This document shows positions 47,498 through 56,767 of a DNA stretch of 64,000 bases, piece after piece. Origin of the DNA: SAR324 cluster bacterium. GTDB lineage: Bacteria; SAR324; NAC60-12. Each line of letters opens with the position of its first letter. Positions within the stretch are counted from its first letter, which is position 1. The notes beneath the pieces were generated by a model. It saw nothing but the letters and a program-made list of their open reading frames with translations, made no database searches and was not told where the DNA came from. The stretch lies in assembly GCA_015232315.1 (NCBI GenBank), contig JADFZZ010000021.1:2006-66005 (forward strand). Direction: 5' to 3'. The position numbers were made by a program, and so were the translations under genes.

Positions 47498-48619
47498 ATG
47501 AGTGTTGCTGTCAACAGTTATAATGAATGGTCCCCCTTAAAGGAAGTCATTGTAGGTTCGGCCTATAACTACACATTGCCGCCGATTGATCAGTCCTTCA
47601 AATTATTTTATCATGATCTGATCAATCCCAAATTCCCTCTCGAAGGCACACGCGTACTCAAGCAACAATATGTCGAGGAATTGGAGGAGGATCTCAATAA
47701 TCTGGTCGCGGTTTTTGAACAACTGGGAGTCAAAGTACACCGTCCTGCACAATTGCCTGAAGCCTCTGTCATTCGCACGCCTTACTGGGAATCAACCGCG
47801 TTGGCCGCACTGAATATCCGTGATCAGGCGATTATCGCTGGTAATGAAATCATTGAAACCGCTCCGATGCTACGTTCCAGATATTTTGAAAATGATTTGC
47901 TCAAACCTGTTTTTTACGAGTATTTCAAGGCCGGTTCCAAATGGACACTGATGCCCAGACCGATGATGCTGGAAAAATCGTTTGATTTATCCTATGTGGC
48001 GCATCCTGAAGAGGGTATTAAGAACGCTTATGATATTAATAACCTTGCCCGTGATTACCCACAGCCGTCTTCTCCCTACGATATAGGATACGAATTGCTG
48101 TTCGATGGCGCTCAATGTATGCGTTTTGGTGAGGACTGGATCGTTGATGTTTCCAACTACAACCATGAATTGGGTTTTCAGTGGCTTCAACGACATTTTG
48201 AAGGAAAAATCAGGATGCACAAACTGGATAAAATCACTGACAATCATATTGATACCACCGTGATCCCTCTACGGCCAGGCACTCTGTTAATGCGCTACCC
48301 CCAGGATGTCAAAAAATTGCCTGCGGCCCTGCAGAAATGGGATATTCTGTATATCCCTGAGCCCGATATGAAAAACTTTCCCCAATACGATGACGATGAT
48401 TTGGTGTTATCCAGTAATCTGATTGATGCCAATGTATTTTCAGTGGATGGCGATAAAATGATTGTTAATTCCTTGTACCCTGAATTAATCAAGTTGCTTG
48501 ACAAACACAAATTTACCACCATTCCGGTACGCCATCGCCATCGCCAACTGGTGAGTGGCGGTTTTCATTGTTTTACCCTGGATACCGTTCGGGCCGGTGG
48601 CATGGAAAAATATTTTTAA
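47498..48619 (+). CDS. Amidinotransferase (glycine/inosamine amidinotransferase family: AGAT, StrB1, CyrA, SxtG-like).
   Basis: SYNEWSPLKEVIVG corresponds to AGAT SYNEWDPLEEVIVG. Also GNEIIETAPMLRSRYFE. His motif HIDTTV. Active-site Cys motif SGGFHCFTLD (AGAT GGGFHCWTCD). Confidence 0.85.
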   Translation: MSVAVNSYNEWSPLKEVIVGSAYNYTLPPIDQSFKLFYHDLINPKFPLEGTRVLKQQYVEELEEDLNNLVAVFEQLGVKVHRPAQLPEASVIRTPYWESTALAALNIRDQAIIAGNEIIETAPMLRSRYFENDLLKPVFYEYFKAGSKWTLMPRPMMLEKSFDLSYVAHPEEGIKNAYDINNLARDYPQPSSPYDIGYELLFDGAQCMRFGEDWIVDVSNYNHELGFQWLQRHFEGKIRMHKLDKITDNHIDTTVIPLRPGTLLMRYPQDVKKLPAALQKWDILYIPEPDMKNFPQYDDDDLVLSSNLIDANVFSVDGDKMIVNSLYPELIKLLDKHKFTTIPVRHRHRQLVSGGFHCFTLDTVRAGGMEKYF

Positions 48620-48681
48620 CGAGTCACCTCATATTTAAATTGCACGGGTTAAGATTCTTTTTGAAATCATGTCATCCTGAG

Positions 48682-48712
48682 TTGGTCAGTGCATGTTAGG
48701 GGTACTGACCAA
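48682..48712. terminator. Hairpin between convergent genes (9-bp stem TTGGTCAGT/ACTGACCAA, 13-nt loop).
   Basis: It lies between the amidinotransferase stop (48619) and the P-type ATPase stop (48800). There is no clear U-tract, so it is only a weak terminator candidate. Confidence 0.25.
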
Positions 48713-48799
48713 TGTTCAGAAGGATTTTCCAGCAAAGAATTTCTAAAGAGGATGACTTGTGGGTATTGGCGAAGAGGTTCCGGGTTTCAGTCCCAGGCG

Positions 48800-50863
48800 T
48801 CACGCGGAATGGGAATCTTCCTCCACCAGGAGCTCTGATGATTTCTGACGATTCTTCATGAGAGGAAGCATCGCATTGACAGATCCTGCGCCCACACTGG
48901 TTATAAACAAAATCACCGAAGCCAGAATTTTGAAGTTAAACAGGAATATTCCGGTAATTCCGATGGCACCGGGAATGATGGCGGTTAAAAAACCATGACG
49001 TGTATTGTCAGCCATTTCCGTAGCCAGTTCAAACAGAGTCGGAACATGTTTCAGCGTATGATCCATCAAAACGATACCGGCAGTATCCAGGGCCGCAGTC
49101 GATGCACCCTGAATGGAAACCGACACATTAGCCGTTTTTAAGGCGACTGTGTCATTGATGCCATCCCCTATAAAACATATTGATTTTCCCTGTAGTTGAA
49201 GTTCCTGAATAATTTTTGCTTTATCCTGGGGCAATACTTCTGAAAAATAATGCTCAATGCCTAGCTCCTGAGCCAGTTTGCGGGTAGGTGCTTCATGATC
49301 TCCGGAGATAATATAGGTGGCGAGTCCCAGTTCCTTGAGTCGCCCGATCACAGATTGTGCTTCAGGACGTAAGGAAACATGGAGTTCCAGAATGCCAATC
49401 AATTGCTGGTTGCAGGCCACATACACCAGTCCGTAACCATTGTCTTCAGCCGTTTGTCGGATTTTCTGAACCAGTGCGCCGGGAGAGAGTGAGATCGCTT
49501 CGTTCGTCATAAAACGCTCACTTCCCACATGAATCTGAGCGGTTCCCACTTTCACCTTAATGCCGTACCCGATTTCATAAAGAGCATCCTCAATCTCCGG
49601 TATCATGATCTGGCACGCCTTAGCCTGTTTGACAATGGCTTTGGCAATGGGGTGTGACTGTTTATGTTCTGCCGCCGCCGCATATTGCAGAATCACTTCT
49701 TCCGGTTCATCATTCAGGAGGTAAATCTGACCCACTTGAGGCTCCTCCAGGGTCAGGGTTCCCGTCTTGTCAAACACAACCGTATCCACGTCCTTTAATA
49801 ATTCCAGACAGCGTCCATCCTTCACCAGAATCCCCTGCTCGGACGCAAGTCTCAGATAATTCAATACTCCCAGGGGAACCGTCATTCGGGTGGTCTCCAT
49901 AAAGTTACAACTGACCATGGCTGTGGCACTGATCGGTCCCATCATCGCCCATGTCACCCCACCCATCGCAATGGTTGGACCTGCCAGCATATCCGCGAAC
50001 TGGATGGTTCTGGCTTCCACAGAGGACTTGAAATCAGCCGTATTCTGTAAAATCCTGCCGATCTTGGCCGCCGAGGTTTCACTGGCTTCATGAACCACCT
50101 TTACCTGAATTTTTCCGCTAATCACCATCGTGGCGGCAAGCACGGAATCACCGGATACTTTTTCTACCGGTTGAGACTCTCCTGTCAGAATATGTTGATC
50201 GACCGAAGCAAAGCCCTGCACCACGATCCCGTCAATCGGAATCATTTCACCAGCCTGAAGGATAATGATATCTCCCGACTTCAGGGTTTCAAACGGAATT
50301 TCGATCTCTGTCCCTTCCTTGAACAACCAGACAAATTGAGGCTGCTGACCAAAAATATTTATCATTTGTTTTTTGGACATATCCTCTGTTTTGAGCAACA
50401 GTTTGTTGCTTAAAAAAAAGGCAATGGATGCCAGTGATCCAATCCAGTAATATCCGGTAGCAAAGGTTCCTACGATGGCAATGCTGTCCACCGCACTGGC
50501 TCGAATCCGTTTTTCATGTATCAGATTATGAAAGGTGTCTTTGAATATGGGCAGGCTGACATAGATGAGCAAGGGCAGGGTAATCAGATTGATGGGCGTA
50601 TAAACCAATGCGCCCAGTGTTGCTGTTCCCAAAGTAACGCCAGCGACTTTTATATAATGATCGAGTTCCTCCTCAGTCTCCTTATGGGACAGAACCTTTG
50701 AAGATTCCGGAATGATTGGAATGTTCGGTTCTTGTTCTCCGGAATCGGATAAAGAGAGTTTTTCAGAAACCAGAATGGGCTTGGAGGTTGGGTTTTCGCC
50801 TTCTTTGTAGGCGGAATATCCGGCATAAGCCAATCCGCCTAAAATCAATATTGCTGGAAGCAT
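48800..50863 (-). CDS. P-type ATPase (687 aa), paralogue of the ATPase at 1-1990.
   Basis: Motifs VVFDKTGTLT, ISGDHEAPTRKLAQELGIEHYFSEVLPQDKAKIIQELQ and GDGINDTVAL. There is no N-terminal heavy-metal-associated domain and no CPC motif in the TM region. The N-terminus MLPAILILGGLAYAGYSAY resembles that of the other copy. Confidence 0.85.
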   Translation of the reverse strand: MLPAILILGGLAYAGYSAYKEGENPTSKPILVSEKLSLSDSGEQEPNIPIIPESSKVLSHKETEEELDHYIKVAGVTLGTATLGALVYTPINLITLPLLIYVSLPIFKDTFHNLIHEKRIRASAVDSIAIVGTFATGYYWIGSLASIAFFLSNKLLLKTEDMSKKQMINIFGQQPQFVWLFKEGTEIEIPFETLKSGDIIILQAGEMIPIDGIVVQGFASVDQHILTGESQPVEKVSGDSVLAATMVISGKIQVKVVHEASETSAAKIGRILQNTADFKSSVEARTIQFADMLAGPTIAMGGVTWAMMGPISATAMVSCNFMETTRMTVPLGVLNYLRLASEQGILVKDGRCLELLKDVDTVVFDKTGTLTLEEPQVGQIYLLNDEPEEVILQYAAAAEHKQSHPIAKAIVKQAKACQIMIPEIEDALYEIGYGIKVKVGTAQIHVGSERFMTNEAISLSPGALVQKIRQTAEDNGYGLVYVACNQQLIGILELHVSLRPEAQSVIGRLKELGLATYIISGDHEAPTRKLAQELGIEHYFSEVLPQDKAKIIQELQLQGKSICFIGDGINDTVALKTANVSVSIQGASTAALDTAGIVLMDHTLKHVPTLFELATEMADNTRHGFLTAIIPGAIGITGIFLFNFKILASVILFITSVGAGSVNAMLPLMKNRQKSSELLVEEDSHSA

Positions 50864-51027
50864 AGCAGGTTCTCCCTAAAGTAAAGGTACATCAGATGCT
50901 TTTAACGCTTGATACGGGATATGTATTTCTTCCAAATCCTCAATTCCCAATTCAATGTCAAGTTGATGATAGGCCTGGTATAAGATTTGTGGTCCCAAAT
51001 AGGATCAACCCCGTTTTTTAAGGGTTT

Positions 51028-51624
51028 CTACACATGTTTATACACGGGTGTCATATCGAGCGAAAGTTTGATGAGTTTGTTTTTCAACTGGTTGAGTTTG
51101 ATGAATTCCTGTCCCCATTTGATCAATTCTGTAGAAAAGATTGGATCAAAGCCCAGCCGACTGCCCACATATCTGAAATAGTCCACTTCTTCGCGTGTCA
51201 AGCGGTCATCCGTGATCACCACTGAAGCCAGATACATGATCAGTTGAGAGGCTTTGGTTCGGCTGGTTTTAAGAATTTCCAGTTTGGGTTTTTCCTTTCT
51301 CTGGATGAACGACATGATGCGGTTCAGCATGGCTTTGTCTTCAATGAAGGCGAGCAGATATTTCAAATAAGTGATTTCATTCGGCGTGATCTTGCCATCA
51401 GCACAGACGACTCCTACAATCGCATGAGCAAACCACTCTTTTTCATGGTCATCCAGAAGCTTGATAAATTTTTGAAATACGATTTTGTTGACATCCACTT
51501 CGTCATTTGTCTTTTCATGCATGTTCCCGTAAATCATTTCCATGCCTTCAATGATTTTCTGCAGGGTCTTGTTATCATTTTCAACGTTTTTAATGTGCTG
51601 TAATTCTTCAGGGGTCAGGCTCAT
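51028..51624 (-). CDS. TerB-like (tellurite-resistance TerB-family domain) protein.
   Basis: The likely start is M25 (MSLTPEEL). There are two TerB-like repeats with DGKITPNEITYL and DDRLTREEVDYF motifs. Family call is tentative. Confidence 0.4.
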   Translation of the reverse strand: MSLTPEELQHIKNVENDNKTLQKIIEGMEMIYGNMHEKTNDEVDVNKIVFQKFIKLLDDHEKEWFAHAIVGVVCADGKITPNEITYLKYLLAFIEDKAMLNRIMSFIQRKEKPKLEILKTSRTKASQLIMYLASVVITDDRLTREEVDYFRYVGSRLGFDPIFSTELIKWGQEFIKLNQLKNKLIKLSLDMTPVYKHV

Positions 51625-51649
51625 AGAATTCTCTCTGCGCAATAGCGGT

Positions 51650-52486
51650 TTACTGTGAATTTTTGTGTTGAAGACGCTCAAAATCGCTCGGATCATGCGA
51701 ACAAAACAGATCCACTTCTCCGGGATGTTCCTGTTTTAATTGTCTCAACCGTTCCACATTGGCCCTTCGTGTGTCACGGTCCATCACGTTGAATTGCTGG
51801 AGTATCGTCAGAACCGGTGTGCAGTGGGGATGCGTTACGGAAACCTCCGCATGATAAAAATAAGCATCGCCGCAATGGAACAACCAACCATTGTCTGTCT
51901 TGACCGCAATTCCTGAATGTCCCGGAGTGTGACCGGCAAGGGGAACGATCAGGATTTCGGGCAACTTATCCTGAAGGGCCTGAACCGCTTCCAGTCCGAA
52001 CCACTGTTCCCCATGCAACGAACGGGGGTCCCACACAGGATGATGATTCCACTGAAGGCGCCGATAACGCAATAACTGCATGAGTCCCGGTGAGACAACG
52101 CCCGTCTCATATTCTGTTTTGAAAATGTGAATCTGCGCCTGGGGGAAATCCGCAATACCACCGATGTGATCGAGATCCAGATGGGTCACAATGATATGCC
52201 TGACATCACTGGCCTTAAAACCGAGAGTCTCCACCTGTTTCAAGGCGGATTCTTCAGGTTTCAGCGCGGGTAGCAGCATTTTGAGATTCAATCGGCCAAT
52301 TCGTTTTTCGGGCTTCAGAATATCCTGCATTCCGATGCCGGTATCCACCAGAATCAATCCTTCGTCACTTTCAATGAGCAGACAATGACAAACCAGGTGG
52401 GCTTTGGCGAACAAGCCGCCTGAATCATTGACCAGAAAACGTCCACGCACACACATGGTACCGCAATTCAAATGATGTATTCTCAT
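51650..52486 (-). CDS. MBL-fold metallo-hydrolase.
   Basis: Motifs HIIVTHLDLDHIGG (HxHxDH), AGHTPGHSG and CGDAYF. Confidence 0.8.
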   Translation of the reverse strand: MRIHHLNCGTMCVRGRFLVNDSGGLFAKAHLVCHCLLIESDEGLILVDTGIGMQDILKPEKRIGRLNLKMLLPALKPEESALKQVETLGFKASDVRHIIVTHLDLDHIGGIADFPQAQIHIFKTEYETGVVSPGLMQLLRYRRLQWNHHPVWDPRSLHGEQWFGLEAVQALQDKLPEILIVPLAGHTPGHSGIAVKTDNGWLFHCGDAYFYHAEVSVTHPHCTPVLTILQQFNVMDRDTRRANVERLRQLKQEHPGEVDLFCSHDPSDFERLQHKNSQ

Positions 52487-52598
52487 GTGAAACTCTCTGC
52501 GAATGTTATGGAAAAGAGGCTCTTTTCAAGGGAGCACGGTTTTTAATGCTGAAGGGTCAATTTGGCTGTTGATCCGGAGTTCAACATGTTCGTTCATC

Positions 52599-53204
52599 CT
52601 ATCGCTGAATCCAGGGACGAACATCCACCACATGCATCCCCGCGGAACGGGCCGCTTGCAGTCCGGCCTCCGCATCTTCAAACGCCACGCATTTTTCAGG
52701 GGCAATCCCAAGCTGTTTTGCCGCTATCAGAAACACGTCCGGTGCGGGTTTGGGAGGACACGTGCCCCGTGAACTGATCACCGCGTCAAAGAAGGCCAGA
52801 ATTCCGATTGCCCGCAAGGAAGCTTCTGCGGATTCTTTGGTGCTGCCTGTCGCAACGGCCATGGGGCGTTTTCCATAAAAACAGCGCACAATGTCAACCA
52901 CAAATGTTACCGGGCGCAATTCACTGGCAGGCAGACTGTGGAAACAGGCATCCCGTTCCGCGGCAAGAGCACCGATATCCACGGTTTTTCCCTGTTCAAC
53001 AGCCAGACGCCGAATGATCTCATCTACGGGAACACCGGCCCATTGATAAAATCGGGTTTCAGTGAATTCCAACTGGTGACGAGTCATAACAGTATTCCAC
53101 GCCTGGTAATGCAAGGGCATTGAGTCAACCAGGGTGCCATCGCAATCAAATATCAAACCTTGATATCCTCGGGGTAATTGCCATTCAGACATAGCATTCC
53201 TCAT
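52599..53204 (-). CDS. HAD-superfamily hydrolase (phosphatase or beta-phosphoglucomutase-like).
   Basis: Motif I is LIFDCDGTLVDS. Motif IV is FEDAEAGLQAARSAGM. 201 aa. Confidence 0.75.
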   Translation of the reverse strand: MRNAMSEWQLPRGYQGLIFDCDGTLVDSMPLHYQAWNTVMTRHQLEFTETRFYQWAGVPVDEIIRRLAVEQGKTVDIGALAAERDACFHSLPASELRPVTFVVDIVRCFYGKRPMAVATGSTKESAEASLRAIGILAFFDAVISSRGTCPPKPAPDVFLIAAKQLGIAPEKCVAFEDAEAGLQAARSAGMHVVDVRPWIQR

Positions 53205-53207
53205 CTC

Positions 53208-53265
53208 GACAGTGGTAAGTTCTCAGCGTTCAGTTTTCAGTTTTTTTGTAAGCGTTCAGCTTTCA
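53208..53265. repeat. Short dispersed repeat, copy B.
   Basis: Same 25-nt core, followed by GTTCAGTTTTCAGTTTTTTTG. It sits between the HAD gene start and the left end of the IS5 element. Confidence 0.45.
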
Positions 53266-54172
53266 GAAACCTTTTTGTAAAAATTAGATATATTTTCTGA
53301 CAGTAAGCCGAATCATGGCAATTCGTACCATGTTTTCAGCAGTTTCAATAAGAATTTCAAAGTCTTTAGCAAGTCGTCGGAATCCTCCAAACCAGGCGAG
53401 AGTTCGTTCAACAATCCAACGTTTGGGTAAAATGGTCATTTTCCCATCGTTGGAGTTTTTGGGTTGATCCTTGACGGTTTTGGAAATATCAAGGCGTTTT
53501 CCCAGTTGTTCCCGGACAAAGTCCACGGAGGTTCCCTGGTAGCCGCCATCGGCGGAAAAAGCGTCAAGCGAAGGATAACGTTCCAGCGCTTCCTGGAAGA
53601 CACGGCATCCCTCCACCGTGTCGGATTTATTGGCGGCATGTACGATGATATGGAGCAGGTTTCCCAGAATGTTGACACAGATATGGCGTTTGCGGCCTTT
53701 CACTTTTTTCCCGCCGTCAATGCCACGATCGTCGCTATCATATGGGGTTTTCACACTTTGGGAATCGACGATTCCATAGGAAGGTGTGGCGGAACGCCCT
53801 TGTTTTTGACGGGCAAGGGAGTTGAGAGCATCCAGGATTTTTTGCCATGTTCCATTCCGACACCACTTGCGATAGTGGTCATAGACCGTTTGCCAAGGCG
53901 GAAAATCATGAGGAAGATACTCCCATTGACAACCCGTTTTGTTGATATAAAAGATGGCATTGATAATCGTTCGTCGGCTGTGAATATGGGAAGACCCCCG
54001 ACCATCCTTGGGACGGAGAAAGGGTTCGATCACGGACCATTCGGCATCGGTAACGTCGCTGGGATACATAGTACCTCGTAGGGAGTAGGTTGGAAATACC
54101 CCCTTTATACCATCTTTATGACAATTGATGAAGAATCTAAAAAATAACTTTTTTTTTACCAAAAGGCTTCTT
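53266..54172 (-). mobile_element. IS5-family insertion sequence (about 0.9 kb) with imperfect ~19-bp terminal inverted repeats.
   Basis: Left end AGAAACCTTTTTGTAAAAA. The reverse complement of the right end is about AGAAGCCTTTTGGTAAAAA. It contains a single DDE transposase gene. Confidence 0.65.
53284..54069 (-). CDS. IS5-family DDE transposase (IS1031/IS427-like, with the N-terminal DUF4096-type region).
   Basis: MYPSDVTDAEWSVIEPFLRP...INKTGCQWEYLP...WQTVYDHYRKW is typical of IS5 transposases. The C-terminal DDE region is ...RWIVERTLAWF.... The track ORF extends 31 codons upstream into the inverted repeat. The ATG at 54069 is preferred. Confidence 0.8.
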   Translation of the reverse strand: MYPSDVTDAEWSVIEPFLRPKDGRGSSHIHSRRTIINAIFYINKTGCQWEYLPHDFPPWQTVYDHYRKWCRNGTWQKILDALNSLARQKQGRSATPSYGIVDSQSVKTPYDSDDRGIDGGKKVKGRKRHICVNILGNLLHIIVHAANKSDTVEGCRVFQEALERYPSLDAFSADGGYQGTSVDFVREQLGKRLDISKTVKDQPKNSNDGKMTILPKRWIVERTLAWFGGFRRLAKDFEILIETAENMVRIAMIRLTVRKYI

Positions 54173-54405
54173 ATAGAAAAGTGTCAGCTCATATCATTCA
54201 AGGAAAAGAATCCTTTTTCATTCATACATTGACTAACTTGATTGGAACACAAACAGATTTATTGGTAATATCCCCTGAGCACGACGGAATCTGTGCTATG
54301 GGAGATTTTTCAAGGTTGAATATTCAGGATTTTGTCAGGCAAACAAAAGATATTACGGGGGTAAGATATTTAAAAATGGTTGAGAAACCTTTTGTATGAG
54401 ATGAT

Positions 54406-54678
54406 TCAACTTTTTTTATAAACTTCTCTCCTATGTCCTACCGCAATGACTAATACAATGAGTTTTTCATCAAAAATTTCACAAAGAACCCGATAATCAC
54501 CAATCCTATAACGCCAATATCCGCTTTTGTCACCTTTTAACGGTTCTCCAAAGTGGCGTGGATTTTTGCAATCTTCTATTCGTTCACTGAGAAAATCCAA
54601 AATCCGTTTTTGGGTGGAACGATCCATTTTTCTGATTTGCTTTTCGGCAACGGTTCCGATTTTAATTTTCCAACCCAA
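54406..54678 (-). CDS. RelE/ParE-family type II toxin.
   Basis: 90 aa. YRYRIGDYRVLCEIFDEKLIVLVIAVGHRREVY is the canonical RelE C-terminus. Confidence 0.85.
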   Translation of the reverse strand: MGWKIKIGTVAEKQIRKMDRSTQKRILDFLSERIEDCKNPRHFGEPLKGDKSGYWRYRIGDYRVLCEIFDEKLIVLVIAVGHRREVYKKS

Positions 54679-54874
54679 GTTCTTTCCTTAATTCCGCTAA
54701 TGATTTTGTGGTTTTTTGTTGAGATGTTGCTTTTTCCACTAAGGCTAAATCTTCTTCATCTTCCAGCATTCTTAGAATAGCATCTCGAACGATGGAGCTT
54801 TTCGTTTTACCTTTGGCTACCGCCAAAGCGGATATTTGTGCTTCGATGGTTGAATCAAGACGCAAGGCAATCAT
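54662..54874 (-). CDS. Ribbon-helix-helix (CopG/RelB-like) antitoxin.
   Basis: 70 aa. The N-terminal RHH region is MIALRLDSTIEAQISALAVAKGKTKSSIVRDAI. Overlaps the toxin gene by 17 nt. Confidence 0.7.
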   Translation of the reverse strand: MIALRLDSTIEAQISALAVAKGKTKSSIVRDAILRMLEDEEDLALVEKATSQQKTTKSLAELRKELGLEN

Positions 54875-55220
54875 AAATAATCCTTTAACAAAAGTTATAC
54901 AGTGTTATACAAATAGTAGATTCTTTGATTTTGGTAATCAAGATGTTTTTGTGAATCTTTCCTTTTGCTGAAAAGAAACGTGACAAATGAAAACATAAAA
55001 ATTACCTTGTTTTATGTAACAAAGTAGTAAACATTATAGGAACAGTTTTAAACTAAATTTTGGATAAATTGAACGAAATCAATGGTTTTGTGGAAGATAT
55101 TTTTTGTTTTGTCAAATCCAGTCGCTCCGACCATTTTTTCCTTCCTTGTTCACGTTCCTTCCCAAACTACCAAGTTCCTTTAACATAGTTCTTGATTCAC
55201 GTTTTATCAGGAAAATCCAC

Positions 55221-56258
55221 ATGAGACCAACAAGTGATTTGCACGTTACAGGCACAGAACCCATCATCACGCCAACACATTTAAAAGCTTCAGTTCTGAT
55301 GAGTGAGACCGCTAATTCCACGGTCATAACCTCGCGAGAAATCGTTGAAAATATCCTTGATGGTAAAGACCGACGTTTGCTGGCGGTCATCGGCCCCTGT
55401 TCCATCCATGACGTGGATGCCGCGATGGATTATGCCAAACGTTTGAAAAAACTGGCTGATCACATTCAGGACCGAATTTTTGTAGTGATGCGGGTATATT
55501 TTGAAAAACCAAGAACCACGGTAGGCTGGAAAGGCCTGATCAATGACCCTGATCTGAATGAAACCTACAACATTGACAAAGGTTTGCGCCTTGCCAGAAA
55601 ACTGCTCATCGACCTCAATGAAATGTGCTTGCCGACGGGCACTGAAATGCTGGATCCCATCACCCCCCAGTACATTGCGGATCTCATTTCGTGGAGTGCC
55701 ATCGGAGCCCGCACCACAGAATCACAGAAACATCGTGAAATGGCCAGTGGTCTATCCATGCCTGTGGGATTCAAGAATGGAACAGACGGAGGACTTGCTG
55801 TAGCCGTTAACGCCATGAAATCAGCAAGAGAACCGCATCATTTTCTGGGAATTGATGAACAAAGCCGGGTAGCGATCATTAAAACATCAGGCAATCCCTA
55901 CGGGCACATCGTATTGAGAGGTGGTTCACAAGGTGACAATTATCACCGGGACGCCATCAAAATTACAGAATCAGAATTGAGCAAAGCCGGACTCCGCACA
56001 ACAATAATGGTAGATTGCAGTCATGCAAACTCCAATAAAGATCCCTTTAAGCAAGAAACAGTACTCAAAGATATCACGTCCCAGATTGTGGCAGGAAACC
56101 AGTCTATAATCGGATTCATGATAGAAAGTAATCTATATGCGGGCAATCAGGAAATTTCACCTGCTATGAAATATGGCGTGTCGGTAACGGATAAATGTCT
56201 GGACTGGGAAAATACAGAAAGAATTCTCATTGAAACATGGAAACAAATCCAACGATAA
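55221..56258 (+). CDS. 3-Deoxy-D-arabino-heptulosonate-7-phosphate (DAHP) synthase, class I (AroF/G/H type).
   Basis: LLAVIGPCSIHD, KPRTTVGWKGL and GARTTESQKHRE are matched to the E. coli AroG pattern. The start is the ATG at 55221. The track ORF has a 39-aa upstream extension. Confidence 0.85.
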   Translation: MRPTSDLHVTGTEPIITPTHLKASVLMSETANSTVITSREIVENILDGKDRRLLAVIGPCSIHDVDAAMDYAKRLKKLADHIQDRIFVVMRVYFEKPRTTVGWKGLINDPDLNETYNIDKGLRLARKLLIDLNEMCLPTGTEMLDPITPQYIADLISWSAIGARTTESQKHREMASGLSMPVGFKNGTDGGLAVAVNAMKSAREPHHFLGIDEQSRVAIIKTSGNPYGHIVLRGGSQGDNYHRDAIKITESELSKAGLRTTIMVDCSHANSNKDPFKQETVLKDITSQIVAGNQSIIGFMIESNLYAGNQEISPAMKYGVSVTDKCLDWENTERILIETWKQIQR

Positions 56259-56449
56259 TCAGGTTTAGTTACAAACCTTGTTTTGGCATTGATGCTCTGT
56301 CTGCACATGAATATCTACGGGTAAATTGCAGTAATCTATCTCATAAAAAAAAACTTGTGTTTCAAATGGTCTCATTGCATTTTCTCCGTCTTGTCAGTTG
56401 CGACTGCTCACATAATTATGCAGGATAATTCTTTATATCAGGAGGTTTC

Positions 56450-56758
56450 ATGGCTTATATTGTTACCGCATATTGTGAAAACTGCCGTTACACAGACTGC
56501 GTGGAAGTGTGTCCGGTGGAAGCATTCCATGAAGGCCCCACCATGCTTTATATCAATCCGGAAACATGCATTGACTGTAATGCCTGTGTGGAAGAGTGCC
56601 CCGTGGAAGCGATTTATGCCGATGTGGATTTACCAGCACAATGGGAGAGTTACACCCAGTTGAATGCTGATAAATCACAGGAATACCCGGTGATCACAGA
56701 GAAAAAAGATCCATTGCCTACCGCAAAGACACTGGAACAACTGAAGGCCCAGGGGTAA
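56450..56758 (+). CDS. 7Fe ([3Fe-4S][4Fe-4S]) ferredoxin, Azotobacter FdI-type.
   Basis: [29 protein letters not shown]...[17 protein letters not shown], close to the FdxA consensus [29 protein letters not shown]. Confidence 0.85.
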   Translation: [102 protein letters not shown]

Positions 56759-56767
56759 TATACCCTT

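Noticed and set aside
48740-48800. tRNA-like GGTTCCGGGTTTCAGTCCCAGG segment.
   Set aside because: No acceptor or anticodon arms can be built around it. It lies within the 3' region of the ATPase gene.
53464-54081. 205-aa plus-strand ORF within the IS5 element.
   Set aside because: It is antisense to the DDE transposase reading frame and has no family resemblance.
54069-54162. 31-codon N-terminal extension of the IS5 transposase ORF.
   Set aside because: The extension runs into the terminal inverted repeat. The conserved transposase N-terminus begins at MYPSDVTDAEW.
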